Origin: Methanobacteriota archaeon
GTDB lineage: Archaea; Thermoplasmatota; Poseidoniia; Poseidoniales; Poseidoniaceae
Reading direction: 5' to 3'
Assembly (NCBI GenBank): GCA_004195635.1
Contig: PSPT01000017.1
Coordinates: 15,909-79,908 of the forward strand
Length of the DNA: 64,000 nucleotides
Of this stretch, positions 9,179 through 18,979 are shown piece by piece (the first letter of the stretch is position 1; every line of letters begins with the position of its first letter). The translations under genes and the position numbers were made by a program. The notes beneath the pieces were generated by a model. The model saw only the letters and a program-made list of their open reading frames with translations, made no database searches and had not been told where the DNA came from.

Positions 9179-11296
9179 TTGAAGAAAGAATTTCGTTTGT
9201 TGTTGGTAGTGGCATTACTGATATTGGCTACAAAATCTATTGAATTACAAGTTAATTCACAAACCCTTATTGATGATTCTAGTTTTTTTGATTCAAATGG
9301 CTCCGGTAATAACTCCTCTAGCAATGATACAAATAGCCATGGTTGGACAGAATTAACATTCACTGGCCCAATGCAAGCCCAATCAAATTATGATGGGAAT
9401 TTTGCAACTTATATTTGGCAGAATATGGCTTTCCCTTCTCCTTTCTTGGATAATCAGAGTATGAGCCTTGACCAACAAATAGACTCTCAATTTGGAAATG
9501 AAGATGGTAATCTAAGCATTTTTGAGTGGCAATTATTTTCTAATCATTCTGCAAATCAGAGTTTGTTGAGCATCCCTGGCATTCTGTTGGATTCTCAAAT
9601 TATTTCTGTGAATGTAACAATGCAGAATATTACCTTTGAAGGTGCCTTCCCTCATATAATTGGAACTGCAGCGAATTATTCTTGGTATGCATCTGGTAAT
9701 TTTTCTGGATATAGGGCAAACTTACCTCTTGCCCAGTTAAGCGTATCACATTCACCAACTGGAATTATTCACCACCCAGTGACGATTATTCTCAACAGTC
9801 CTGTTGAGTACAGATATTCTCCCCCATCTGTGGAAGTATTTGGCGACCCAAGTAATTTCACAGTTTATTATCCATCCATCTCCTCATATTATGTGGTAAC
9901 TTTTGGAGATAATACACTTCCTTCTTCTCAATTAGTGACGCCCAGTACCTCTCATACGAGTATTGATTGGGTGGAGGAGCAACATTTCGAAGTTTCAACC
10001 TCAGATGCAGGACTCAATCATGGAATTTCATGTGAATGGAATTTTTCTACTCCGACGGGGAGCGTTCAAAAAAGTGGAAAAAATGTTTCCCTTAATCCGA
10101 GTAATATTTCAATTTGGGAAATGGGGCAAACTCTGCAAGTAATTTCCACCTGTAATGATTATCATGGAGAGAGTACTATCATTAACCATTCTTGGGGATT
10201 AGATGGGCAAGCCCCATCGGTAAATTGGTTGAATGCAACCGTTGGTTGTGGTGAAAATGATGATAGTTTTGCTGAAGAAAACATCTTGAATTGTGATTCA
10301 TTAAGTATTCCCGCTGGAACAAGAATAGAGATTTTTGGCAATATTAGTGATGATTTTACCCCCTATCCTCTAGCGATTTGGTCGAGTGATAAGACACCCA
10401 ATTGGTGGCAAGAGGGAAAGCAGATATCAATAATTTTCTATCAAGGCCCGCAATCAAATTCTTTTGACGATCCTGTTGAAGAGCGCTATCTCGCCCGAAA
10501 CACCTCTACTAATGTACTCAATTTTACCGTGAGTGATGATGCCGGTCATGTTTGGCAAAGGACTTGGGATGTGTATTTGTTAGATAATCAACCACCTTCA
10601 GTAAGGCCAAATGTTCTCGCTAATGATATCCCCGTAAGTAGTTCTCACTCTGCGCATGATGGAGATGAAATAAGTATTTCATTGAATGAATCATTTGATG
10701 ATATTTCTGCGATTGGAGATGTTAGGTGGTGGTTTGATTTAGATAGTGAGCCACTAGAGGGAATGCAAAATGTTAGTTGGCAAGAAGCGAGATATTTTTC
10801 ACTTGGTAAATTAAGTGGCGGTTATCATTGGGTAAATATTACCAGTCAAGATGGTTCTGGCAACCAAAATATTGAACCATATCCGTTATTCATTATGGTT
10901 CAACCTATAGCTGAATTGGACCTTCAAATCATTCAAGTCCATCGCGATGAATCCAGTGATTTATCATTATCTCCAAATATGGTTCGTCTTCTCGTTACAA
11001 TTCAAAATAATGGAGGGCAGAGTGGCCCTTTCCAACTTTGTGTGGAAAAACAATGCGTTAACCAAACAGCAGTTGCCGCGACAGCAGAAGATCTCGCCTA
11101 TGGTGCAGACACAACCGTTTTGGTTGCATGGTTTGATGCGAATGATGAATTACATTTTGCTGAGATGGAATCCGGCATATCGATTAATAGAGAATATAGC
11201 GCAGTTGAGAAGTTTGCTATGGGGGCGGTCATTGTAACAATCCTTGTTGGACTTTGGTGGCGTTCAAAAAGTGCAAGTGAAGGAAAAACCAAATAG
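9179..11296 (+). CDS. secreted, C-terminally membrane-anchored surface protein (probable glycoprotein) with CARDB-like membrane-proximal domain
   Basis: TTG start preceded by GAGGTGAGGT. Signal-peptide-like N-terminus (KKEFRLLLVVALLILA). Dozens of N-x-S/T sequons. C-terminal TM (FAMGAVIVTILVGLWW) with a short basic tail. Confidence 0.7.
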   Translation: MKKEFRLLLVVALLILATKSIELQVNSQTLIDDSSFFDSNGSGNNSSSNDTNSHGWTELTFTGPMQAQSNYDGNFATYIWQNMAFPSPFLDNQSMSLDQQIDSQFGNEDGNLSIFEWQLFSNHSANQSLLSIPGILLDSQIISVNVTMQNITFEGAFPHIIGTAANYSWYASGNFSGYRANLPLAQLSVSHSPTGIIHHPVTIILNSPVEYRYSPPSVEVFGDPSNFTVYYPSISSYYVVTFGDNTLPSSQLVTPSTSHTSIDWVEEQHFEVSTSDAGLNHGISCEWNFSTPTGSVQKSGKNVSLNPSNISIWEMGQTLQVISTCNDYHGESTIINHSWGLDGQAPSVNWLNATVGCGENDDSFAEENILNCDSLSIPAGTRIEIFGNISDDFTPYPLAIWSSDKTPNWWQEGKQISIIFYQGPQSNSFDDPVEERYLARNTSTNVLNFTVSDDAGHVWQRTWDVYLLDNQPPSVRPNVLANDIPVSSSHSAHDGDEISISLNESFDDISAIGDVRWWFDLDSEPLEGMQNVSWQEARYFSLGKLSGGYHWVNITSQDGSGNQNIEPYPLFIMVQPIAELDLQIIQVHRDESSDLSLSPNMVRLLVTIQNNGGQSGPFQLCVEKQCVNQTAVAATAEDLAYGADTTVLVAWFDANDELHFAEMESGISINREYSAVEKFAMGAVIVTILVGLWWRSKSASEGKTK

Positions 11297-11398
11297 ACAT
11301 TTTTTCATCAATTTGTAAGCCTTTTCATTGGGTCCTTGAAGCGAAGTGCTGATGAAGTATGAGAGAGGGGATACTCTATTCACAGGGATGAAATTTTA

Positions 11399-11418
11399 CC
11401 TCGCGCGCACACGCGAGG
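11399..11418 (+). other. GC-rich hairpin in helicase leader (CCTCGCG-n6-CGCGAGG)
   Basis: Perfect 7-bp GC stem read directly. It lies 60 nt upstream of the lhr ATG. No T-run follows. Confidence 0.3.
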
Positions 11419-11477
11419 GAAGAACAACAGAAAAGGAGGTGAAAATATCGCAGCAAAAGGACCACTGAAAGGCAACG

Positions 11478-14477
11478 ATGAGTGGGATGAATTATCTCCT
11501 CGTCTACAAGATACAACAAGCCTCGATGAAGTATCTCTGTGCAGGCGAAGACAGATTACTAGTTGCACCAACCGGTGGAGGGAAAACTCAAGCCGCTATT
11601 TTGCCTTTGTTGAACCGCGCTCTGATAGAAGAATGGGAACCTTTGGCTATCCTTTACATCACTCCCTTAAGGGCGTTAAATCGTGATGTTGACCGGAGGC
11701 TGAAAGAAGTGGCCTCTGAAGTTGGATTACGTGTAGATGTACGGCATGGTGATACCACCCCTTATCAAAGACAAAAACAGGTCCGCAAGCCTCCACATTT
11801 ACTGGTCACCACACCTGAAACCTTTCAATTATTGTTCACCGGACATCGGTTGCGTGAAATGATTTCTAAAGTTCGGGCGGTAATCATTGATGAGGTGCAT
11901 GAAGTTATTGGGAGTGAGCGCGGTTGGCAATTATCTATTGGGCTCGCACGCTTGGAAACATTAGTTGGTAGGCCAATTCAACGAATCGGCCTTTCAGCAA
12001 CAGTCGGAAATCCGAAGCAGGTTGCCGATTGGCTTTCACCTCGAAGGATAATTGATGATAAAGAGTACCGCGCCGGCGAGCCAATAATTGTCAGTAATCT
12101 AAGAGGTACCGAATTGTTGGTACAATCGGAATCTCCCATCATTGGGGATGAAGCATTTGCTTTGGAATTAGGCATGTCCAATCGTGCCTATGCAAATCTT
12201 CGTCGCTTGGGAAATATTTTGGCTAAAGAATCACCATGTTTAGTTTTTGTAAACTCAAGAAATACCGCAGAAACCGTTGCTCAAAGAGTTCAAGCATTAG
12301 CCCCAAACCTCAATATTGGGGTTCATCATGGTAGTCTTGCTGCCGAAACAAGACGTGAAATGGAAGATAATTTGCGAGCAGGAGAACTTCATGGTCTTAT
12401 TTGTACTAGTAGTTTAGAATTGGGAATTGATGTTGGAAGCATTCGTCGTATTGTTCAGTTAAAGAGTCCACGCTCCGTTGACAGAATGTTACAACGCGTA
12501 GGTAGGGCCGACCACCGTCTCGGCGGAATCGGTATCGGCGACATCCTCGCTTGGGACGCGGACGATATCGCCGAATCAGCAGCGATAGCAAGAAGGGCAT
12601 TATGTGGTGAAATTGAGGGAATAGAATGGAGAGAAAAACCTCTTGCAGTAGCCGCAAACCAACTGATATTATTAGCACATAGTCACAAATTAGTTTTGAT
12701 AGATGATGCAACGGAAATTATTGCCAAAGCCCCCCAGTTCAAAGGATGGAAACGAGAAGAAACAGTAGAAATCCTCAAAATTTTGGCTGATGGTTGGCTG
12801 CTAAGAGTGGCCGACGATCCAGAGCAAAACCCGTGGTGGGAATGGGGCCGGCTGGCCTGGGAAAAAACGGTTGCATATGCAAAATCAATCGGAATCACCC
12901 TGCCGGAGGAGTTACCTGAAATAGACAAGGAATCACGTTTGCCTGCCAAAAAATATCGTGACTTGAAACCACCAATCCCCCCCGATTTGAAGGGTGGATG
13001 GTTTAGCACAGCCGGAAGGACTCGGCAGTGGGTAATGAGTCATTTATCGATGATTCCTAACCGGCAAAAATATCGTGTAAGAGATGCAGTGACTCGCAAA
13101 AGTTTAGGTTCTGTTGATGAGGCATTCGTACTTTCATTAAATGACTCTGGGGAAGATGAGGATGGCGCAACCCGTCGCTTTGTAATGGCTGGTAGAACTT
13201 GGACGATTATTGATGCCGACCCGGAAAAAGAAGAATTGCTAGTGTCGCCTGTTAGTGACCAAGGAATTGCACCAGTGTGGAGTGGTGAATTGCCACCAAC
13301 CCCTCCTGAAGTAGCACGTGAAATTGGCAGAATTAGGGCAGTTGTTGCTGAAGAATTGGGTTGGATTCCACCCGAATCTGCAGATGTTTTAGACCCGGCT
13401 GGGTTGTTTGCAGATGAGACTTTGGAATTGGACGATTTACCCTTGGACAAGGAGGCGCTAGGGATATTATTCGAATCGGTCCAAGAGCATTTGGAAGCAA
13501 GCGGTGATGTTCCAACCAATCGCCTTCTAACAATTGAAAGTCGCGATGATGCAATCGTATTGAACATTTGTCAAGGTAGTAAAATCAATGAGGCCATAGC
13601 ACATTTATTGCAAGCAATGGCTAGCACCAAGAGTGGAAAATTGGGGCGGATTATTGTTGAGCCAACTCGTATTGCTCTTCAAGCCGGCGGCATCAAACCA
13701 AATGATATCATTGGGTGGCTAAATGAAACGCCGCCGGATGCACTTGAAGCATTACTGGGCATTACGATGCCCAATAGCCGACAGGTTCGTTGGCGCTTCG
13801 CCCAAGTTGCCAAAATATTCGGAATTTTACGAAGTGGAGTTGACCCGCGACGAATCAATATGCATTCACTTGTTCGCAAATATCGTGGCACTGCAGTAAT
13901 GCGTGAAGTTCTTGGTAAATTATTCTTTGAGAGAATGGATGTTGTTGGTGCTGCTGATGTGTTAAGGGCAATCCAATCAGGATTACTCGGTCTCAAAGTT
14001 ACCGCCCCAGGCCCTCTTGGTCTCTCTAATAGGGGTGGCAAGGATTTACTCTTGCCCAATTGGTCGAATGAACAAGTTCGGCAAAGGCTCGAAGGGCGAT
14101 TGATGAATGAAAGGGCAGTATTGGTTTGTTTGGTTTGTAAGAAGGGAAAGAAATTCCGAGTTGCTCGCTTCCCATCTATTGACCCGCGTTGTACTTGTGG
14201 CGGCAGGCTATTGGCTTGTGCTCCAGAGCGTTTACGCTCAGATTTAGAAAAACGAATTTCCTCTCCCGAAGAATCAGATCAAAACCGTATACAACGAAAT
14301 GCTGAAGCGATAAAACGCCGAGGGATGGATGCAATACTATGTTTGATGGCAAGAGGAGTTGGAGGGGCTACAGCAAACCGAATTCTTCGCCAAGTTCAAG
14401 CGGGGAATCGCGATGGTTTGTTAGAAGCGATTCATCATGCTGAAGTTAATTATGCCAGAACGCGAAGGTTCTGGTAA
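11478..14477 (+). CDS. lhr: Lhr-type superfamily-2 DEAD/DEAH-box helicase
   Basis: Motif I APTGGGKT, motif II DEVH, SAT, and an HHGSL..R-type motif (VHHGSLAAETR). About 1000 aa with a C-terminal Cys4 ribbon (CLVCKK..CTCGG). Confidence 0.85.
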   Translation: MSGMNYLLVYKIQQASMKYLCAGEDRLLVAPTGGGKTQAAILPLLNRALIEEWEPLAILYITPLRALNRDVDRRLKEVASEVGLRVDVRHGDTTPYQRQKQVRKPPHLLVTTPETFQLLFTGHRLREMISKVRAVIIDEVHEVIGSERGWQLSIGLARLETLVGRPIQRIGLSATVGNPKQVADWLSPRRIIDDKEYRAGEPIIVSNLRGTELLVQSESPIIGDEAFALELGMSNRAYANLRRLGNILAKESPCLVFVNSRNTAETVAQRVQALAPNLNIGVHHGSLAAETRREMEDNLRAGELHGLICTSSLELGIDVGSIRRIVQLKSPRSVDRMLQRVGRADHRLGGIGIGDILAWDADDIAESAAIARRALCGEIEGIEWREKPLAVAANQLILLAHSHKLVLIDDATEIIAKAPQFKGWKREETVEILKILADGWLLRVADDPEQNPWWEWGRLAWEKTVAYAKSIGITLPEELPEIDKESRLPAKKYRDLKPPIPPDLKGGWFSTAGRTRQWVMSHLSMIPNRQKYRVRDAVTRKSLGSVDEAFVLSLNDSGEDEDGATRRFVMAGRTWTIIDADPEKEELLVSPVSDQGIAPVWSGELPPTPPEVAREIGRIRAVVAEELGWIPPESADVLDPAGLFADETLELDDLPLDKEALGILFESVQEHLEASGDVPTNRLLTIESRDDAIVLNICQGSKINEAIAHLLQAMASTKSGKLGRIIVEPTRIALQAGGIKPNDIIGWLNETPPDALEALLGITMPNSRQVRWRFAQVAKIFGILRSGVDPRRINMHSLVRKYRGTAVMREVLGKLFFERMDVVGAADVLRAIQSGLLGLKVTAPGPLGLSNRGGKDLLLPNWSNEQVRQRLEGRLMNERAVLVCLVCKKGKKFRVARFPSIDPRCTCGGRLLACAPERLRSDLEKRISSPEESDQNRIQRNAEAIKRRGMDAILCLMARGVGGATANRILRQVQAGNRDGLLEAIHHAEVNYARTRRFW

Positions 14478-14515
14478 GGCTAACTTTTACAATTCATTCT
14501 TTGAAAGTCGCAATA

Positions 14516-14536
14516 GTGCTCTATTGAATAGAGTAC
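14516..14536. promoter_or_regulatory. 21-bp palindrome GTGCTCTATT-G-AATAGAGTAC upstream of aldehyde dehydrogenase
   Basis: 10-bp arms with one mismatch, read directly, about 70 nt upstream of ATG 14606. Candidate operator. Confidence 0.3.
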
Positions 14537-14605
14537 TCTTTCATTCAAGCGGACGAAAGGTACCCAGCCGCTGGGTTGAAATGACCTTCGCTTTTGGCTC
14601 ACCAC

Positions 14606-16234
14606 ATGACGCATGTACTTGAGACCGGTCTAGAATTTATGCCAAGCGAAAATCCCGATAATTTGCCAATGGTAAAAGGATATAATATTATCAACGGACA
14701 AATGAAATTAGCAAGTGATGGAGCAACTTTCACCAGTTCTAACCCGGCATTACTCGCCGATTGCTTGGGAGAATTCCCCCTGTCCACTAAGGATGATGTT
14801 CACGCTGCTCTTGATGCGGCCGGCGCTGCTTTCCCGGCATGGTCGGCGACACCTGCGCCAACTCGCGGTCAAATTATTGGAAACATGGGTCGTCTATTGA
14901 TGGAACACAAGGATGCGATTGTTGCTCTTGAAACCCGTGAAATTGGAAAAACTTTGAAGGAAAGTGCTGGCTCAGTACAAGAAGCGATTGATACTTGTTT
15001 ATTTTTCCAATCTGAAGGACGCCGCCTATATGGTCAAACAGTTCACTCAGAATTGCCTAATAAAGAGTTGTTCACCTACCGACGAGCCTTAGGTGTATGT
15101 GGAATAATCAATGCATGTAATTTTCCCGCAGCAGTACCATTTTGGAAGATGATTCCAGCAATAATGTGTGGGAACACCTGTGTTTGGAAATCACCTCAAG
15201 ATGCCCCACTACTCTCATTTGCATTAGCAAGAATCATGCATCAAGCCGGCCTTCCTGATGGTGTAATTAACCTCGTTCACGGCAAAGGAAGTGGAGCAGG
15301 ACAACACCTTGTAGATGCGGTTGATGACGGAAAGATCAACAAAATCAGTTTCACCGGAAGTACTGCAGTTGGGAAAATGATTGGTGAAGTATGCGGGCGT
15401 AACCTCGTAAGTGCAAGCCTTGAATTGGGAGGAAAAAACCCTCTCGTCATTATGCCTTCAGCAAACTTAGAAAATGCTATTGAAGGGGCATATTGGTCTG
15501 GATTTGGTACTGCTGGTCAGCGATGTACTAGCCTCGGCAATCTAATTCTTCACCAGGACATTTATGACGAGTTCGTTGAGAAATTAATGGCAAAGGTAAA
15601 ATCTACTCGTATCGGCGATAGTGCACGTGTCGATGGCGTTCTTTATGGGCCCATGCTATCTGAAAAATATGCAGTAGATTTCCTAAAGGCATTGGAAATG
15701 TGTGAAGCGGATGGAGCAAACAAGTTATTCGGCAACGGCAGAATTACTTCCGACAATAAACCACAAGGATTTGTTGGTGATGCAGAAGCAGGAGTCTATA
15801 TGTGGCCGCATGTATATGCAGGCGTCACTGAAGACATGAAGTGTTTCCATGAGGAAGTCTTTGGTCCTGCAATTACCATTGTGAAGGCTAATGACTTTGA
15901 CCATGCCCTACATTTGGCTAATGCTAGCCCATACGGATTATCAAGTGCAATATACACCAATGACCGCCTTGAAGCGTATCGCTTCAAGTCCGGAATAAAG
16001 GCTGGAATGACCGGAATTAACAATTCTACCACCGGTGCAGAAGCACACTTGCCATTCGGTGGAGTGAAAGGCTCTGGAAATGGAACACGAGAATCTGGAA
16101 TTTGGGTAATTGAAGCCTATTCATATTGGCATGCGGTTAATGACGAATTATCTGGAAAGTTACAACTCGCTCAAATGGATGTTGACGAGATTGAAATGGT
16201 TGAAGCCGAAGTAGACTACTCATCACTAGCTTGA
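14606..16234 (+). CDS. NAD(P)-dependent aldehyde dehydrogenase
   Basis: FTGST.VG, ELGGKNP and the catalytic-Cys region GQRCTS; ~540 aa. ATG 14606 preferred over TTG 14594. Confidence 0.9.
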   Translation: MTHVLETGLEFMPSENPDNLPMVKGYNIINGQMKLASDGATFTSSNPALLADCLGEFPLSTKDDVHAALDAAGAAFPAWSATPAPTRGQIIGNMGRLLMEHKDAIVALETREIGKTLKESAGSVQEAIDTCLFFQSEGRRLYGQTVHSELPNKELFTYRRALGVCGIINACNFPAAVPFWKMIPAIMCGNTCVWKSPQDAPLLSFALARIMHQAGLPDGVINLVHGKGSGAGQHLVDAVDDGKINKISFTGSTAVGKMIGEVCGRNLVSASLELGGKNPLVIMPSANLENAIEGAYWSGFGTAGQRCTSLGNLILHQDIYDEFVEKLMAKVKSTRIGDSARVDGVLYGPMLSEKYAVDFLKALEMCEADGANKLFGNGRITSDNKPQGFVGDAEAGVYMWPHVYAGVTEDMKCFHEEVFGPAITIVKANDFDHALHLANASPYGLSSAIYTNDRLEAYRFKSGIKAGMTGINNSTTGAEAHLPFGGVKGSGNGTRESGIWVIEAYSYWHAVNDELSGKLQLAQMDVDEIEMVEAEVDYSSLA

Positions 16235-16319
16235 GAAAGGCGTAGGCAAATTATCAAAAGCCTAAGCCTTTAGGACAATTTACTGAGGGATTGTTGTGGC
16301 CGAAGCAAGACATCTGCCG

Positions 16320-17153
16320 ATGGAAAGAGGATTTGGAAAAACAGATCGAATTGACAACTGGTGGAAGTCTCCACTGGCTATGGCAATCTACCTTGGGATT
16401 GCAGTTGCATATGCTACTTGGCGTGGATTCATGGAAGCTGATTTCTGGATTTTTGAAGAGTTTGGAAGGTCTGCAGGAAACCAAACTATGGCTATTGAAT
16501 CCAATGGCAGCCATGTTCTTTCACCTCTTTTCTCGCCACTAATTGTTCCTGGCGAAGGCGGCCTTGGTTCTTGGGTTCCTGAGAGTCTTTGGTGGATGAG
16601 TCCTGCCATGTTCATATTGATAATCCCAGCAGGATTCCGTGGCACTTGTTATTATTACCGCAAGGCATACTACCGCTCATTTATGGCCAGCCCTGCTGCA
16701 TGTGCGGTAAGCACACCATTCGGAGATTACAATGGAGAGAGCAAAATATTCCTCTTCCAAAATCTTCACCGCTTTTTCATGTATCTTGCAGTCGCTTATC
16801 TTTTCGTTCTATCCTATGATGTATTAATGTCGGCACAATTCCATGCTGCTGATGGAGCAAATTCATTTGGAGTTTCCATCGGAACTTTGGTTCTACTTCT
16901 CAACGTAATAATGCTTGGAGGATATACACTCGGTTGTCATTCCTTCCGCCATGCAATCGGTGGAATTAGAAACCGTTTCCGCAATGGTGGCGGAGCGGTT
17001 GCTGAAGCATGCTGGAAGGGTTGTACTGGACTGAACAAGAACCACAACAAGTGGGCTATTTTATCTCTATTCTGGGTTATGTTCTCAGATTTTTATGTCT
17101 ATGCCTGCACTGAAGGCTGGTGGACTGATATCGTTCTTTTCGGAGGTCTTTGA
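16320..17153 (+). CDS. succinate dehydrogenase membrane anchor subunit (single large subunit, actinobacterial Sdh1-like type)
   Basis: Polytopic protein of ~277 aa. Its stop abuts the sdhA ATG (TGAATG). Assignment rests on context plus resemblance to the membrane subunit of Sdh1-type operons. ATG 16320 (MERGFGKTD) preferred over GTG 16296. Confidence 0.6.
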   Translation: MERGFGKTDRIDNWWKSPLAMAIYLGIAVAYATWRGFMEADFWIFEEFGRSAGNQTMAIESNGSHVLSPLFSPLIVPGEGGLGSWVPESLWWMSPAMFILIIPAGFRGTCYYYRKAYYRSFMASPAACAVSTPFGDYNGESKIFLFQNLHRFFMYLAVAYLFVLSYDVLMSAQFHAADGANSFGVSIGTLVLLLNVIMLGGYTLGCHSFRHAIGGIRNRFRNGGGAVAEACWKGCTGLNKNHNKWAILSLFWVMFSDFYVYACTEGWWTDIVLFGGL

Positions 17154-18977
17154 ATGAGTGATTACGAGACATACGAGTACGATGTAGTGGTAATTGGTGC
17201 TGGAGGCGCTGGACTTAGAGCAGCGATTGAATCTGCTCGTAGTGGTGCTAAAACCGCAATCATTTGCAAGTCCCTGTTGGGTAAGGCACACACTGTTATG
17301 GCCGAGGGTGGCGCTGCTGCTGCTCTGGGCAATGCTGATGACCGAGATGGTTGGAAAGTACACTTCAAGGATACCATGAAGGGTGGAAAGTACCTCAACA
17401 ATTGGCGTATGGCACAAATCCATGCTCAAGAATCTGCTGACAGAATCCGAGAACTTGAACAATGGGGCGCTGTCTTTGATAGAACTCCAGATGGATTGAT
17501 CAATCAAAGAAATTTCGGTGGCCATACCTATCCTCGTCTGGCACACGTTGCGGATTCCACTGGCTTAGAAATAATTAGAACTTTACAAGAAAAAGGAATC
17601 CATTCCGGCATTGATATCTTCATGGAATATACCGTAAGCCATCTATTACAAGATGATGATGGGACCTGTACTGGCAATGTTTCCTATAATCGAGTCGATG
17701 GTTCAATGCATACTTTTTCAGCAAAATCAACTATTTTGGCTACTGGCGGAATTACTCGATGCTGGGCCGTTTGTTCAGGTTCTTGGGAATATACTGGTGA
17801 TGGACATGCATTGGCCCTAAATGCTGGAGCCGAATTAATCGATATGGAATTCGTACAATTCCACCCAACCGGTATGGTATGGCCTCCAAGTGTTAGAGGG
17901 ATTCTAGTTACAGAGGGTGTTCGAGGCGAAGGAGGAGTTCTACGAAATTCAGAAGGTAAGAGATTCATGTTCGACAATGTTCCTGACATGTTCAAAGGTG
18001 ACCACGCTGAAACAGAAGAAGAAGCTAATGAATGGGTTCGACAAGTCGTCGCTGGAGAAAAGGCCACCGTTAGGCGACCTCCAGAATTACTGACTCGTGA
18101 CGTCGTTGCTAAAGCGATTAACAAAGAGGTTGCTGAAGGGCGTGGTTCTACTCACGGCGGTGCATATCTCGATATTGCAAATCAACGCAGTGCTGAAGAA
18201 ATCATCGCAAAACTACCGAGTATGCATCATCAATTTAGAGAACTTGCTGGAGTTGATATTACCAAGGAGCCAATGGAAGTTGGCCCTACCGCACATTATG
18301 TCATGGGTGGAGTAAGAGTCGATGGTGAATCTCAAGAATCAACGATTGATGGGTTATTCGCTGCTGGTGAAGTTGCAAGTGGTTTGCATGGCGCAAACCG
18401 TCTAGGAGGAAATTCCCTTTCCGACCTTATCGTATTTGGTAAGAGAGCCGGAGAACATGCTGCAAAGCGTTCAAACGACATGAAACAACCAGAAATTGAT
18501 ACAGATCAAGTTGAGCGTGCAATCGAAGCAAATCTAAAACCGTTGAAGAGAGAAAACGGTGAAAACCCTGGCCGTGTTTATGACGACCTACGTGATATGA
18601 TGCAAGCTAAGGTTGGTATCATCAGAACCGAATCCGATTTGCAAACTGCGTTGACCGATTTGGTGGAATTTAGAAGGAGAGTTCAAAACACCAGTTCAGG
18701 CAGTTCGATGACATATAATTCAGGTTGGCATCAAGCATTGGATTTGCAAAACATGGTAGATATTTCATCAGCCTGTACTCTTGCCGCACTAACTCGTACC
18801 GAAAGTCGAGGTGGACATACTCGTGATGATTTCCCTGAGCCAGATACTGGTATGTGGAGTCATACAACAAATGTAGTTTGGAAAGATGGGGCTGAAATCA
18901 AAATCCGTCAGGAAGAATTATCCCAACCCCCTGAAGAATTAGAAGAATTACTTGACCGTTCTAAGAAAGAGGCCTGA
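17154..18977 (+). CDS. sdhA: succinate dehydrogenase/fumarate reductase flavoprotein subunit
   Basis: FAD dinucleotide fold VVVIGAGGAGLRAA. Motifs HPTG, RGEGG, HYVMGG and GANRLGGNSL. Confidence 0.95.
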   Translation: MSDYETYEYDVVVIGAGGAGLRAAIESARSGAKTAIICKSLLGKAHTVMAEGGAAAALGNADDRDGWKVHFKDTMKGGKYLNNWRMAQIHAQESADRIRELEQWGAVFDRTPDGLINQRNFGGHTYPRLAHVADSTGLEIIRTLQEKGIHSGIDIFMEYTVSHLLQDDDGTCTGNVSYNRVDGSMHTFSAKSTILATGGITRCWAVCSGSWEYTGDGHALALNAGAELIDMEFVQFHPTGMVWPPSVRGILVTEGVRGEGGVLRNSEGKRFMFDNVPDMFKGDHAETEEEANEWVRQVVAGEKATVRRPPELLTRDVVAKAINKEVAEGRGSTHGGAYLDIANQRSAEEIIAKLPSMHHQFRELAGVDITKEPMEVGPTAHYVMGGVRVDGESQESTIDGLFAAGEVASGLHGANRLGGNSLSDLIVFGKRAGEHAAKRSNDMKQPEIDTDQVERAIEANLKPLKRENGENPGRVYDDLRDMMQAKVGIIRTESDLQTALTDLVEFRRRVQNTSSGSSMTYNSGWHQALDLQNMVDISSACTLAALTRTESRGGHTRDDFPEPDTGMWSHTTNVVWKDGAEIKIRQEELSQPPEELEELLDRSKKEA

Positions 18978-18979
18978 AT

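Noticed and set aside
13040-13567. 175-aa minus-strand ORF (and others at 12406..13009 and 13679..14059) inside the helicase gene
   Set aside because: They are fully antisense to a motif-supported 999-aa helicase ORF. They are Ser/Pro/Arg-rich with low complexity, typical of shadow ORFs.
17085-17546. 153-aa minus-strand ORF spanning the sdh anchor/sdhA junction
   Set aside because: It is antisense to two strongly supported genes and has no recognisable motif.
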